From Lachnospiraceae bacterium (GTDB lineage: Bacteria; Bacillota; Clostridia; Lachnospirales; Lachnospiraceae): a stretch of 64,000 nt of DNA. The position numbers and the translations under genes are program-made. The notes beneath the pieces were generated by a model. It saw only the letters and a list, made by a program, of their open reading frames with translations, had not been told where the DNA came from and made no database searches. Shown in pieces: positions 53,755 to 63,155 of this stretch; the first letter of the stretch is position 1; every line of letters begins with the position of its first letter. The DNA lies in NCBI GenBank assembly GCA_021199475.1, contig JAJQHZ010000085.1, positions 34,089-98,088 of the forward strand, given 5' to 3'.

Positions 53755-53885
53755 GGCTCCTCCTCTCCCATATTCCCAGTCTGCAACTCCGAAAGGCTGT
53801 ACTGTATTTCCATGTGTATTCTGCCTGTATGTCCGAAAGTATATGGAAAGATTCTCAGTACGGGTGGAACTGAACTGGTGACATG

Positions 53886-53914
53886 ATTATAATATATAGC
53901 GCACTATATTTCAA
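53886..53914 (-). promoter_or_regulatory. minus-strand consensus promoter with a palindromic operator in the spacer
   Basis: Minus strand reads TTGAAA - 17 nt - TATAAT; the spacer contains TATAGTGCGCTATA. Confidence 0.6.
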
Positions 53915-53932
53915 CTGGCAATTTACACAAGG

Positions 53933-53944
53933 TTAGCGCGCTAA
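53933..53944. promoter_or_regulatory. 12-nt perfect palindrome TTAGCGCGCTAA (operator candidate)
   Basis: The core TAGCGCGCTA recurs at 54221-54230, and as TAGCGCACTA at 53897-53906. Confidence 0.55.
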
Positions 53945-53950
53945 CTTTGG

Positions 53951-54154
53951 CTATTCTGCCGATTCCTTTTTCTGCAGCCGCTCTACCTTTTCATCCAGAG
54001 CTTCTATATAGAACTGCCGCATGCTCGGATAGCCGGCTTTCCTTGCCGCTGCCTCGTATTTTTCGTATTCCTCGGGCTTTACGCGAAAGCGGATCTCCTT
54101 AAGCTTTTCGAGGTATTTCATCAGATACTCTTTTTTCTTAGCATCGTAAGCCAT
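53951..54154 (-). CDS. ribbon-helix-helix (Arc/CopG-like) DNA-binding protein, 67 aa
   Basis: ORF 53951-54289 trimmed to the ATG at 54154 after GGAGGA. The IRFRVKPEEYEKYEAAARKAGYPSMRQFYIEAL pattern fits strand-helix-helix. Confidence 0.6.
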   Translation of the reverse strand: MAYDAKKKEYLMKYLEKLKEIRFRVKPEEYEKYEAAARKAGYPSMRQFYIEALDEKVERLQKKESAE

Positions 54155-54261
54155 GTCTGCGTCCTCCGTGGGAAAAGTATAGCATGACTTTTGCCTCTGC
54201 GCAATCCCTTTTTGCAAAATTAGCGCGCTATTTCTGCTCGCAGGTGAAATGCCGCTTCCGT

Positions 54262-54347
54262 GCCTGACACAACATGCCTGGCACAACATGTCTGACGCAA
54301 CATGCCTGACACTATATGCCTGACACTATATATCTGACACTGTCAGG
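54262..54347. repeat. six iteron-like direct repeats (about 14 nt, core CTGACAC)
   Basis: GCCTGACACAACAT, GCCTGGCACAACAT, GTCTGACGCAACAT, GCCTGACACTATAT, GCCTGACACTATATAT, CTGACACTGTCAGG. Confidence 0.9.
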
Positions 54348-54432
54348 ATCCGTAATGTTCACAATTATTTTCCGCCTGCTGTTTCTGAACTTCACAATAG
54401 ATGCCATGGAGAAAAAGTCGAACGATTTTGCT

Positions 54433-54460
54433 TTGCAAATGCCTGATTTATGGCTATAAT
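54433..54460 (+). promoter_or_regulatory. sigma-A-type promoter
   Basis: TTGCAA - 16 nt - TATAAT. Confidence 0.65.
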
Positions 54461-54626
54461 GGCGGCACCTGAGCGAACGCGGCAAAAGGCGCCTGGCCGC
54501 TTCCCGGGAAGAAACTGAGATAAGGAGGGACCCGCTTGCGGGAGGATTCCTTATCTCCTACGCAAAGCCCATCCGAACGAAGTGAGGATTTTGTTGGCTT
54601 TGCTCCATTATAAGGGGGAAATCGTT

Positions 54627-55574
54627 ATGTTACAATTCATCATGGAAAAAAATGTGTTGCTTTACTTGCTTGCGGCGGCCTGTGTGGTCGGGGTGGTCAG
54701 CCAGATGATTCTGCGGCGGATTTACGATGGATTATTGAAGGATACACGGAGCGACGGAGGGCCGGAAGGACGATTTTTGCAGCAATTGCGGCAAAGGTTT
54801 CAATATTGCAGTCATCTGAATGAGCGTGTGGGCGATGTGCAGGCATTGATTCAAAAAAGCCTGATTGAATATCGGGTATTTGGGTTCAGCCTGCATGGAT
54901 TTGCCCGGCTGGGCGGCGGTTGCCTGGCGGTCAGCCTGCTTTGCGCGTTTGCGGGGACGATGGTGCGCGTGCAGGGCGGTGCAACGGTCGTGACGGGAAA
55001 TGCTTATTTCTGGCTGGGAGCCGCAGCTGTTCTGCTGATGGCTGCCGCGTATGGAATTGCAGATACGGGGTACCGGAGCCGGACACTGCTGATCTGCCTG
55101 ACGGATTATCTGGAAAACAGCGGCATTCTTTCGGTCAGTGAGGAGGACGAGCTTCCTGAAATGGAATATGAGACGACGGTGGAGCGGACCCCGATTGTGT
55201 CTGTAGAGGAGGGACGCCGGGCGAAGCGGCGGATGAAAGCGGAGACGGCAACAGCTGCGTCTGTACGGGGACAAAAAAGCAAGGCAGAGCTGCTGCGGCT
55301 GCAACGGGATGGAGGAGATTCCCTGCGGGCACAACGAGAGGGAGAAGATTCCCTGCGGGCGCAGCGGGACAGGAGCGAGGGAAAGGAGCCTCTGACCCGC
55401 ACGCAGCGGGATAAGAATGAGACCAGGGATAACCTTGCGCGGGTGAAGGCCGGGATGAAGGAGAGCGCCGCTTCGGACGCGGAGCAATCGGGAGCGGATC
55501 TGCTTCGCCAGATGGATCCGAAGGATCAGGAACGTCTGGTGCGCGAGGTATTGAATGAATTCCTTGCCCGCTGA
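54627..55574 (+). CDS. hypothetical membrane protein with basic repeat-containing C-terminal tail
   Basis: ORF 54582-55574; ATG at 54627 after AAGGGGGA; 3-4 TM segments; C-terminal DSLRAQR(E/D) repeats. Confidence 0.65.
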   Translation: MLQFIMEKNVLLYLLAAACVVGVVSQMILRRIYDGLLKDTRSDGGPEGRFLQQLRQRFQYCSHLNERVGDVQALIQKSLIEYRVFGFSLHGFARLGGGCLAVSLLCAFAGTMVRVQGGATVVTGNAYFWLGAAAVLLMAAAYGIADTGYRSRTLLICLTDYLENSGILSVSEEDELPEMEYETTVERTPIVSVEEGRRAKRRMKAETATAASVRGQKSKAELLRLQRDGGDSLRAQREGEDSLRAQRDRSEGKEPLTRTQRDKNETRDNLARVKAGMKESAASDAEQSGADLLRQMDPKDQERLVREVLNEFLAR

Positions 55575-55856
55575 GGATGCGCGAATGGCGGCGGAGTTTC
55601 GGCTAATTCCAAGACGAAATGAATTTCCTGCGCATTAACCCTTGCGAAACTGCGGAGGGTCTGCTAAAATAAATTTCAAAGCGCTGTCATCCCGGAGCCG
55701 CTTCATGGTCTTCATGACTTTCATGGCTGCATGAAAGGAAACCGGTCACAGACAGAGGCTTTTGTAATGTGAGTGAAGAGCGAACCAAAGTGGAGACTGA
55801 CCGGCAGGAACAGGACCGTGTCAGCAAAACAAACAAAGATAAAAGGAGATGTGGAC

Positions 55857-57206
55857 ATGAGCAGTAAAGTGACATTTGATTATTCAAAGGCTGCCGGTTT
55901 TGTCGCGGAGAATGAAGTGGCATCCATGAAAAAGATTGTGGCTGCCGCAAAGGACGAGCTGACCTCCCGAACGGGAGCAGGCAATGATTTCCTCGGATGG
56001 GTGGACCTCCCGGTGAATTATGACAAAGAAGAGTTTGGCCGTATCAAAAAGGCGGCGGAAAAGATTCAGAGCGACAGCGAGGTTCTGCTGGTCATCGGAA
56101 TCGGCGGCTCGTATCTGGGTGCGCGGGCAGCGATTGAGTTTCTGCGCCACAGCTTCTACAACAATGTTTCCAAAGAGATCCGGAAGACTCCGGAGATTTA
56201 TTTCACGGGCAACAGCATCAGCAGCACCTACGTGCAGCATCTGATCGATGTCATCGGGGACCGCGATTTTTCTGTCAATATTATTTCCAAGTCAGGGACG
56301 ACGACGGAGCCGGCGATCGCGTTCCGCATTTTTAAGAAGATGCTCGAGGACAAGTATGGCAAGGCTGAGGCCGCGAAGCGGATTTACGCGACGACGGATA
56401 AGGCGAGAGGTGCGCTGAAGAATCTTGCGACAGAGGAGGGCTACGAGAGCTTCGTAGTACCGGACGATGTCGGTGGACGTTTTTCCGTACTGACAGCGGT
56501 GGGGCTTCTGCCGATCGCGGTCAGCGGTGCAGATATCGACCAGCTGATGGAGGGCGCTGCTTCCGGAAGAAAGCGCGCGCTGGAAGCGGATTTTGAGGAA
56601 AATGACGCCCTTCAGTACGCAGCCATCCGCAACATCCTGCACAGAAAGGGCAAGTCGGTCGAGGTGCTGGCCAACTACGAGCCGAGCCTGCACTATGTAT
56701 CTGAATGGTGGAAACAGTTGTACGGCGAGAGTGAAGGAAAAGACCAGAAGGGAATCTTCCCTGCTTCGGTAGATCTGACAACGGATCTCCACTCCATGGG
56801 TCAGTTTATCCAGGACGGCAGCCGTATCATGTTTGAGACAGTGGTCAATGTCGAGGAGTCCAGGTGCACACTTACGATCGGCGAGGAGCCGGTGGACCTT
56901 GACGGACTGAACTATCTGGCGGGAAAGACCGTGGATTTTGTAAATAAGAGTGCCATGAATGGAACGATCCTGGCGCATACGGACGGCAATGTACCGAATC
57001 TGATGGTGAGCATTCCGAAGCAGGATGAGTTCTATCTGGGCGAGCTGTTTTATTTCTTCGAGTTCGCCTGCGGCGTGAGCGGGTATGTTCTGGGCGTGAA
57101 CCCGTTCAACCAGCCTGGTGTGGAGAGCTACAAGAAGAATATGTTCGCGCTTCTTGGCAAGCCGGGCTATGAAAAAGAGAGAGAAGAGCTGCTGAAGAGA
57201 CTTTAA
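55857..57206 (+). CDS. pgi: glucose-6-phosphate isomerase
   Basis: ORF 55773-57206, ATG at 55857 after AAAGGAGA; Firmicutes-type PGI motifs ([27 protein letters not shown]). Confidence 0.94.
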   Translation: MSSKVTFDYSKAAGFVAENEVASMKKIVAAAKDELTSRTGAGNDFLGWVDLPVNYDKEEFGRIKKAAEKIQSDSEVLLVIGIGGSYLGARAAIEFLRHSFYNNVSKEIRKTPEIYFTGNSISSTYVQHLIDVIGDRDFSVNIISKSGTTTEPAIAFRIFKKMLEDKYGKAEAAKRIYATTDKARGALKNLATEEGYESFVVPDDVGGRFSVLTAVGLLPIAVSGADIDQLMEGAASGRKRALEADFEENDALQYAAIRNILHRKGKSVEVLANYEPSLHYVSEWWKQLYGESEGKDQKGIFPASVDLTTDLHSMGQFIQDGSRIMFETVVNVEESRCTLTIGEEPVDLDGLNYLAGKTVDFVNKSAMNGTILAHTDGNVPNLMVSIPKQDEFYLGELFYFFEFACGVSGYVLGVNPFNQPGVESYKKNMFALLGKPGYEKEREELLKRL

Positions 57207-57335
57207 AAGAGCTTTTCAAAATCGATGCGGGATATAGAAGGGGAGGGATGTTGTGAAAGCACGCTTGCGTTTCATAATATCTCTCCTTGCTATATGTCCG
57301 GCGGTGATTCAATTATGGAGGCCTTTTGACAGAAA

Positions 57336-59414
57336 ATGTCTGTACTGACAGAGAAATTCCGCCTGCTCTCTGAGAAAAAGCGTCTTTTCAGGGCAGTGCC
57401 GATTTTATTTACACTGGGTATGCTGATTTATTATTGCGCCCATCCGAAGCTGTATTCATCAGACGGAACAAAATCCATCCTGACGAGTGTGCGTACTTAT
57501 GAGATTATGCTTTTATCCGCAGCGCTGATTTCGCTGTGGCTGGTGACAAATGAATTAAGCGACCGCATGAACCGCATCCTTTCCTGGGTTTGGTTTCTGA
57601 TCGCACCGTTTGCGGTTTATTTTTCACTTCTTTATTTAAATGCGGATAAGTACAACATCGATTTTTTTGCGTTGGATAAAATCGCGCTCGCTCTCACGTT
57701 CGCGTTTCTGTATCTGGTACAGGGGATTTTGTTCGGGCTGACGGGCAGCATTCGATTTTCCGTCATTATCTACGCCGTGGCTGTCGCGGTGCTGGGGATT
57801 GCCAACTGCTTTGTCATTTCCTTCCGCGGGATGGCCATTTCCGCCGGGGATCTGTTTTCACTCAGTACAGCAGCGACGGTGGCTTCGGAATATACATACA
57901 GCCTCGACTGGTATATGATCATGGAGATTCTGTTTACATTTCTGATCTGTACGGTCAGTCTGAAGCTCCGGAAGGGGCGGATGCTGCCGCTGGCGGCGCG
58001 CGGGGCGTTTCTGGCGGTTTTTGTGATGCTGGCGGGCGGCTACTACTATCTGTGCGGGAAGACGACGTTTCTGGAGGACCATGATATCCGGTCTGAAGGC
58101 TTCACGCATCAGCTGCGGTATAAGAAGTACGATATGCTGTTCACAACGCTTGTCACCTGTTTTTATATGGTCGTGGATAAGCCTGACGGTTACTCGCTGG
58201 AGGCTGTGCAGGAGATCGCGGCGGACTACGTGATGGATGACACGGCGGAAGGCGCGGACGGCAGCGCAGCGGAGGATGCCGCGACCCCGAACCTCATCGT
58301 CATTATGAATGAGTCCTGGGCGGATTATACGGATATTGGAAATGGCCTGGAGCTCTCGGAGGACTATATGCCCTTTATCCGCAGTCTGACGGAGAATACG
58401 ATCAGGGGAACTGCGTATGCCTCTATTTTCGGCGCGAATACGCCGAATTCGGAGTATGAATTTCTGACGGGCAACACGAGGGCGTTCCTGCCGGCCTCGT
58501 CGGTCGGATTTAACCTGTTCGTCCGCGGGAATCTGCCGTCGCTGGCCTCGCAGCTCAAAACGCTCGGGTATTATACGCTGGCGATGCATCCGTACCGGGG
58601 CACGAATTACCGCAGAAATATTGTTTACCCGCAGATCGGATTTGACACGTATTATACGCGGGATGATTTCAGCTATCCTTATAAAATACGGAATTACATT
58701 TCGGACCGGACGCTGTTTGACCGGATCATACTGGAGTATGAGGAAAACCTGGATTCCGGGCAGCCGCTTTTCTCCTACAATGTTACGGTTCAGAACCACG
58801 GCGGATATTATACGTCCAACACAAAGAATATGTCCATGTCAATCAATGTGCTGAACACGGAATTCAGTACGACGCGGGCGGAAATCTATGTGAATCTGGT
58901 CAAGGCGACGGATGATGCGTTCAAAAATCTGATCGAATATTTTGAGGATGTGGACGATCCGACCGTTATTGTGATGTTCGGCGATCATCAGCCGGATATC
59001 GGCGACGGCGCGTATGAATATCTGCTCGGCGGCACGGAGGAGGACCTGACCAGCGAGGAGCTGATGGAAAAATATAAGGTGCCGTTTATCATTTGGGCGA
59101 ATTATGATATTGAGGAGGAGACCATCGAGGCGACCAGCCTGAACTATCTGTACAGCATCATGGCGGACCGGCTGGGGCTGTCAATGACAGGCTACCAGGA
59201 GTATCTGCTGGAGCTGAGCGAGGAGATTCCGGTGCTCAATTCCGTCGGCTACTGGGGCGCAGATGGGAATTTCTACGAGCTGGACGACGAGGAATCCCCG
59301 TACTATGAGCTGGTAAATGAGTATAACATTCTGGAATACAATGATATTTTCGGCGGAGATAACCGCTATTATGAATTCTTTACGCTGGATGACGACGAGG
59401 GCGCAGCGGGATGA
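57336..59414 (+). CDS. LTA synthase family protein (sulfatase-fold phosphoglycerol transferase)
   Basis: 692 aa; multi-TM N-terminus plus an extracellular sulfatase-like domain (NLIVIMNESW, MFGDHQP). Confidence 0.8.
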   Translation: MSVLTEKFRLLSEKKRLFRAVPILFTLGMLIYYCAHPKLYSSDGTKSILTSVRTYEIMLLSAALISLWLVTNELSDRMNRILSWVWFLIAPFAVYFSLLYLNADKYNIDFFALDKIALALTFAFLYLVQGILFGLTGSIRFSVIIYAVAVAVLGIANCFVISFRGMAISAGDLFSLSTAATVASEYTYSLDWYMIMEILFTFLICTVSLKLRKGRMLPLAARGAFLAVFVMLAGGYYYLCGKTTFLEDHDIRSEGFTHQLRYKKYDMLFTTLVTCFYMVVDKPDGYSLEAVQEIAADYVMDDTAEGADGSAAEDAATPNLIVIMNESWADYTDIGNGLELSEDYMPFIRSLTENTIRGTAYASIFGANTPNSEYEFLTGNTRAFLPASSVGFNLFVRGNLPSLASQLKTLGYYTLAMHPYRGTNYRRNIVYPQIGFDTYYTRDDFSYPYKIRNYISDRTLFDRIILEYEENLDSGQPLFSYNVTVQNHGGYYTSNTKNMSMSINVLNTEFSTTRAEIYVNLVKATDDAFKNLIEYFEDVDDPTVIVMFGDHQPDIGDGAYEYLLGGTEEDLTSEELMEKYKVPFIIWANYDIEEETIEATSLNYLYSIMADRLGLSMTGYQEYLLELSEEIPVLNSVGYWGADGNFYELDDEESPYYELVNEYNILEYNDIFGGDNRYYEFFTLDDDEGAAG

Positions 59415-60997
59415 GAAGGGATCAACCGCTGCAGGATGGAACCGCTCTTTTGCAGGAAATACGGGAAAAGCGGAGAAACGTTTATCTGACAGAAGATGAA
59501 AATGCGCTCGAAATAAGTTGTGACAGTGGAAAACCGCGAAACGGAGACTGGCTGGATTTGCCGGCATGGGACGGAGGCTTTATGGAAAAATCACCGCGAA
59601 AAAAGAAAAAAGGAGCCGGGATTCCGGTAAGGCTGTATTTGCTTGCGCTGCTGGCCGCCGCCGGGGTTGGAACGGGCTCTGCTGCGGGCACGGCTGGGGC
59701 GCTGCGGGCTTCTGCTATGGAAAATGCTGCAGACGAAACCACTGCCGATGAATCTGAGGCGGAAACGGAGTCGGAGAAAGGTATCGCAGACGAAACCTTT
59801 ACTGATGCATCTGAGACGAAAACGGAGTCGGAGAAAGGTATCGCAGGCGAAACCACTGTCGATGCATCTGAGACGGAAACGGAGCCAGAGAAAGGTATCG
59901 CAGGCGAAACCGCCGCCGGGGACGCGTCTGGGACGGAAACCGAGACGGAGGAGGGCACCGCAGGAGAGGCCGCTGAGACCTCTGCGCTGAGCGTTCCGGA
60001 TTTTTTGGGGCTGCAGATCGCGCAGATGATCGGCATTGAGACGGAAGCGGAGACCGAGACAGAGAACGAAACGGAGACGGAAATCGATCTCACAGATGAA
60101 ATCCATCGCGCGGTGCGCAGTCAGATCTGGGAGATACAGATGGGAAGCGAATTTCAGATTCCAATGGCTGCCTCGGAAACGGATCAGAGGCCGGCGCTCC
60201 CGGTGGTCTGGTCGTGCGGCCGGCTCTTTACCTGGTACTCGGGCGGGCTTTACCCGTGGCAGCAGGAACGGTCGATGGAAAGGCTGGAGCAGCTGGTCCG
60301 GGCGACGGTGGAGGATTACGACGGCAGCTGGTCGGTCTATGTGAAAAACCTGGACACCGATGAAAGCTTTGTCATCAACGATGAGCCAATGAAATCCGCG
60401 AGTGTAATGAAACTGTTTATCATGGGAACGGTGTATGCTGCGTTTGATGAAGGGGAACTGGAGCGGACGGACGAAATTATGTCTCTGATGAACCTGATGA
60501 TCAGCAACAGCGATAATACCGCCTCCAATCAGCTTTTGTATATTCTCGGAGATTCCAGCTACGCGGACGGCATCGCGAAGGTGAATGAATTTATACAGAG
60601 CCACGGCTACAGCGAGATGACCGTGGAATACAATGGCTTCAGCAATTCGGCGACGAACTCCGGTGAGGGCATCAATCAGGTGGCCGCAAAGGATGTGGGA
60701 GCGCTGCTTGAGGATATTTACCGGCGTACCTGGATGAACCGCGCAGACAGCAATGAGATGGAGGAAATGCTTCTGGCGCAGAACACACGCTACAAGATTC
60801 CGGCGGGGCTGCCGGACGGAGTGCTCTGCGGAAACAAAAGCGGCGAGATGAGCGATACACAGAATGATGCGGCTATCATCTATTCGGACGGGTGCGATTA
60901 TATTCTGGTCGTGCTTTCGAATGGATGGAGCAGCTCTGACACGGCAATTCAGAGGATAAAAAACATTTCCGCTCTGGTGTATGAGTATTTTAACTGA
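59411..60997 (+). CDS. serine hydrolase, class A beta-lactamase-related, with acidic tandem-repeat linker
   Basis: SxxK (SVMK), SDN and KSG motifs in the C-terminal domain. The ATGA overlap with the upstream gene suggests start 59411; the ATG at 59582 (MEKSPRKKKKG + TM) is an alternative. 57-nt repeats at 59753-59926. Confidence 0.75.
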   Translation: MRRDQPLQDGTALLQEIREKRRNVYLTEDENALEISCDSGKPRNGDWLDLPAWDGGFMEKSPRKKKKGAGIPVRLYLLALLAAAGVGTGSAAGTAGALRASAMENAADETTADESEAETESEKGIADETFTDASETKTESEKGIAGETTVDASETETEPEKGIAGETAAGDASGTETETEEGTAGEAAETSALSVPDFLGLQIAQMIGIETEAETETENETETEIDLTDEIHRAVRSQIWEIQMGSEFQIPMAASETDQRPALPVVWSCGRLFTWYSGGLYPWQQERSMERLEQLVRATVEDYDGSWSVYVKNLDTDESFVINDEPMKSASVMKLFIMGTVYAAFDEGELERTDEIMSLMNLMISNSDNTASNQLLYILGDSSYADGIAKVNEFIQSHGYSEMTVEYNGFSNSATNSGEGINQVAAKDVGALLEDIYRRTWMNRADSNEMEEMLLAQNTRYKIPAGLPDGVLCGNKSGEMSDTQNDAAIIYSDGCDYILVVLSNGWSSSDTAIQRIKNISALVYEYFN

Positions 60998-61012
60998 CAA
61001 CAGGAGAATCTT

Positions 61013-61279
61013 ATGTTTAAGCTTTGGGGAAAAATGTGGAAAGACAATCATATGCTGCGGGATACCGTGTATGAGGAAGAGAGCGGCGATACGCGCACAC
61101 ACAAAATCTTCCGCGGGCTGGATGAAATCTGCCATGAATTTGATCTGGAGCGGCCGATCTGGCTGGATAAAACAATATCGGAATTTCAGCGGCACAGCAA
61201 GACGCGCTTTTATCAGGACAGCTTTATAGAGGAGATTCCATTTGATTACCTGGAAATACAAGTGCTCGAGGAAGGCTGA
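61013..61279 (+). CDS. hypothetical 88-aa protein
   Basis: ORF with plausible coding composition; family not recognised. Confidence 0.5.
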   Translation: MFKLWGKMWKDNHMLRDTVYEEESGDTRTHKIFRGLDEICHEFDLERPIWLDKTISEFQRHSKTRFYQDSFIEEIPFDYLEIQVLEEG

Positions 61280-61309
61280 GAAATAGCCGCGAATGAATTG
61301 GGAGAGAGT

Positions 61310-62896
61310 ATGAATGAACAGCTCAGTAAAGTAAAAGATATCAAAGACCGTTCCGTAGACCGGGGCAAACGGGGCGTGCTGCAGGTCATTTTCGGGCGTA
61401 CCGGAATCTTGCTTTTCTGCCTTCTGACAGAGCTTCTGCTGTTATTTTTGATGCTCCACTATGTAGCGCAGTATATCTATGTATTCTTTGGGGGACATCT
61501 GGTCTTTGCGTTTCTGGTGCTTCTACTGATCATCAATCATGTGGAGCATCCGGCATTTCAGCTGGCATGGGCCTCACTGGTGCTGCTCTTTCCGATTTTC
61601 GGCGGGCTGCTCTACCTGTATCTGAAGCTTCAGCCGGGCATGCGGCTGATGGCCGGCCGGATGCAGGAAATCGACCGGCAGACGAGGGAACTTCTGCATC
61701 CAAACGCGGAAACGATGCGGGAGCTGTCTTTTGAGGATTCCCGTGTGGCTCAGCTGGCCTATTATATTCAGGAGAGACAGGGGTATCCGGTCTGCCGAAA
61801 CACGGAGGTCACTTATTTTGCCAGCGGCGAAGAAAAATTCGAGGAGCTGAAAAAGCAGCTGCTCGCGGCAAAACACTACATTTTTCTGGAATACTTCATT
61901 ATTTCGGAAGGATATATGTGGGACAGCGTACAGGCGATTCTGGAGCAGAAGGTACAGGAAGGCGTGGAGGTGCGTCTGCTGTATGACGGAATGAACGAGC
62001 TGAATAACCTGCCGCATGATTTTTCCAGGAGGATGAAGAACCTTGGGATTCGCTGCAAGGTCTTTTCACCGGTGTATCCCGTCATTTCCACCAGCTACAA
62101 CAACCGCGATCACCGCAAAATTGTCGTGGTGGACGGGCATACCGCATTCACCGGAGGCGTCAACCTTGCGGATGAGTATATCAACCGGAAGGAACGGTTC
62201 GGACACTGGAAGGATGCGGCAATTATGCTGCACGGCGAGGCTGTGCAGAGCTTTGTCGTCATGTTTTTGAAAATGTGGGATACGACAGAAAATCTGGAAA
62301 ACATTGCGGTTTATCTGAAGGAGACGCCGGCAGTGGAAACGGCAGGACAGGGTTTCGTACTTCCCTACGCGAAGAATCCGCTGGCTGAGACACAGACTGC
62401 GGAACGTGTTTATCTGGAAATTCTGAACAGTGCGACCAGATATGTCCATATCATGACGCCCTACCTGGTTCCCGACCATGAGCTCATGCAGGCGTTGATT
62501 TATGCGGCACAGCGCGGTGTTGATGTCAAGCTCATCCTGCCGCACATACCGGACAAAAAATATGCATTCGCCCTGGCTCACTCCTACTATAAAATCCTGG
62601 TTCGCTCCGGCGTGCGCATTTTCGAATACACCCCCGGCTTCATTCATTCCAAGGTCATGGTCAGCGACGACGAAAAGGGTGTCGTCGGCGCCATCAATCT
62701 GGATTACCGCAGCCTGTACCTGAACTTCGAGTGCGCGGTTTTTCTGTACAGGGTGCCGGAAATTCAGAATATCGAGGCGGACTTCAAAAAGACAGTGGTG
62801 GAGAGCCAGCTTGTAACGGAGTTTGATATCCGCCATGACAAGATCTCGCGCAGAATTGCCGGACATGTCCTGAAGGTGATGGCGCCGCTCATGTGA
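61310..62896 (+). CDS. cls: cardiolipin synthase
   Basis: ORF 61298-62896; two TM helices and two HKD motifs (HRKIVVVDG ... GGVNL; HSKVMVSDD ... GAINL). Confidence 0.92.
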   Translation: MNEQLSKVKDIKDRSVDRGKRGVLQVIFGRTGILLFCLLTELLLLFLMLHYVAQYIYVFFGGHLVFAFLVLLLIINHVEHPAFQLAWASLVLLFPIFGGLLYLYLKLQPGMRLMAGRMQEIDRQTRELLHPNAETMRELSFEDSRVAQLAYYIQERQGYPVCRNTEVTYFASGEEKFEELKKQLLAAKHYIFLEYFIISEGYMWDSVQAILEQKVQEGVEVRLLYDGMNELNNLPHDFSRRMKNLGIRCKVFSPVYPVISTSYNNRDHRKIVVVDGHTAFTGGVNLADEYINRKERFGHWKDAAIMLHGEAVQSFVVMFLKMWDTTENLENIAVYLKETPAVETAGQGFVLPYAKNPLAETQTAERVYLEILNSATRYVHIMTPYLVPDHELMQALIYAAQRGVDVKLILPHIPDKKYAFALAHSYYKILVRSGVRIFEYTPGFIHSKVMVSDDEKGVVGAINLDYRSLYLNFECAVFLYRVPEIQNIEADFKKTVVESQLVTEFDIRHDKISRRIAGHVLKVMAPLM

Positions 62897-62910
62897 TCCA
62901 CCAGTTTCGC

Positions 62911-62975
62911 ACATCAGAAAAATAGAAAGGCAGCCCATGCAGATTTATCTGCAATGGGATGAGTTTCTATTTTTG
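62911..62975. terminator. bidirectional-type terminator after cls (copy 1 of a duplicated element)
   Basis: AAAAATAGAAA ... CCCATGCAGAT-TT-ATCTGCAATGGG ... TTTCTATTTTT. Confidence 0.65.
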
Positions 62976-63087
62976 AATGGGCGGAACGCCCATTCAGCCA
63001 CAAACATATGACGCGCAAGCGGCATATAGCCTGCGAAGCAGGCGGTTTGCGGCCTGATGCGCGGGACCAGCGAAAAAGCTAAATGCA

Positions 63088-63150
63088 CATCAGAAAAATA
63101 GAAAGGCAGCCCATGCAGATTGATCTGCGATGGGCTGCCTGCTTCCCTTT
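63088..63150. terminator. bidirectional-type terminator after mecA (copy 2)
   Basis: GGCAGCCCATGCAGAT-TG-ATCTGCGATGGGCTGCC long stem flanked by A-rich and T-rich runs. Confidence 0.7.
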
Positions 63151-63155
63151 TTCCT

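Noticed and set aside
53540-53881. 113-aa plus-strand ORF rich in Ser/Leu/Ile/Cys.
   Set aside because: It has low-complexity composition and no RBS. The opposite strand carries a better 51-aa ORF with a strong RBS and its own promoter.
54490-54570. GGCAAAAG ... CTACGCAAAGCC resembles the GGCAAA / ACGCAAAGC core of the c-di-GMP-I (GEMM-I) riboswitch.
   Set aside because: The intervening segment is about 60 nt with a three-way layout rather than a short GNRA-capped P1. In addition, GCAAAGCC pairs perfectly with a downstream GGCTTTGC, which is incompatible with the GEMM-I junction. It is kept only as an unclassified leader.
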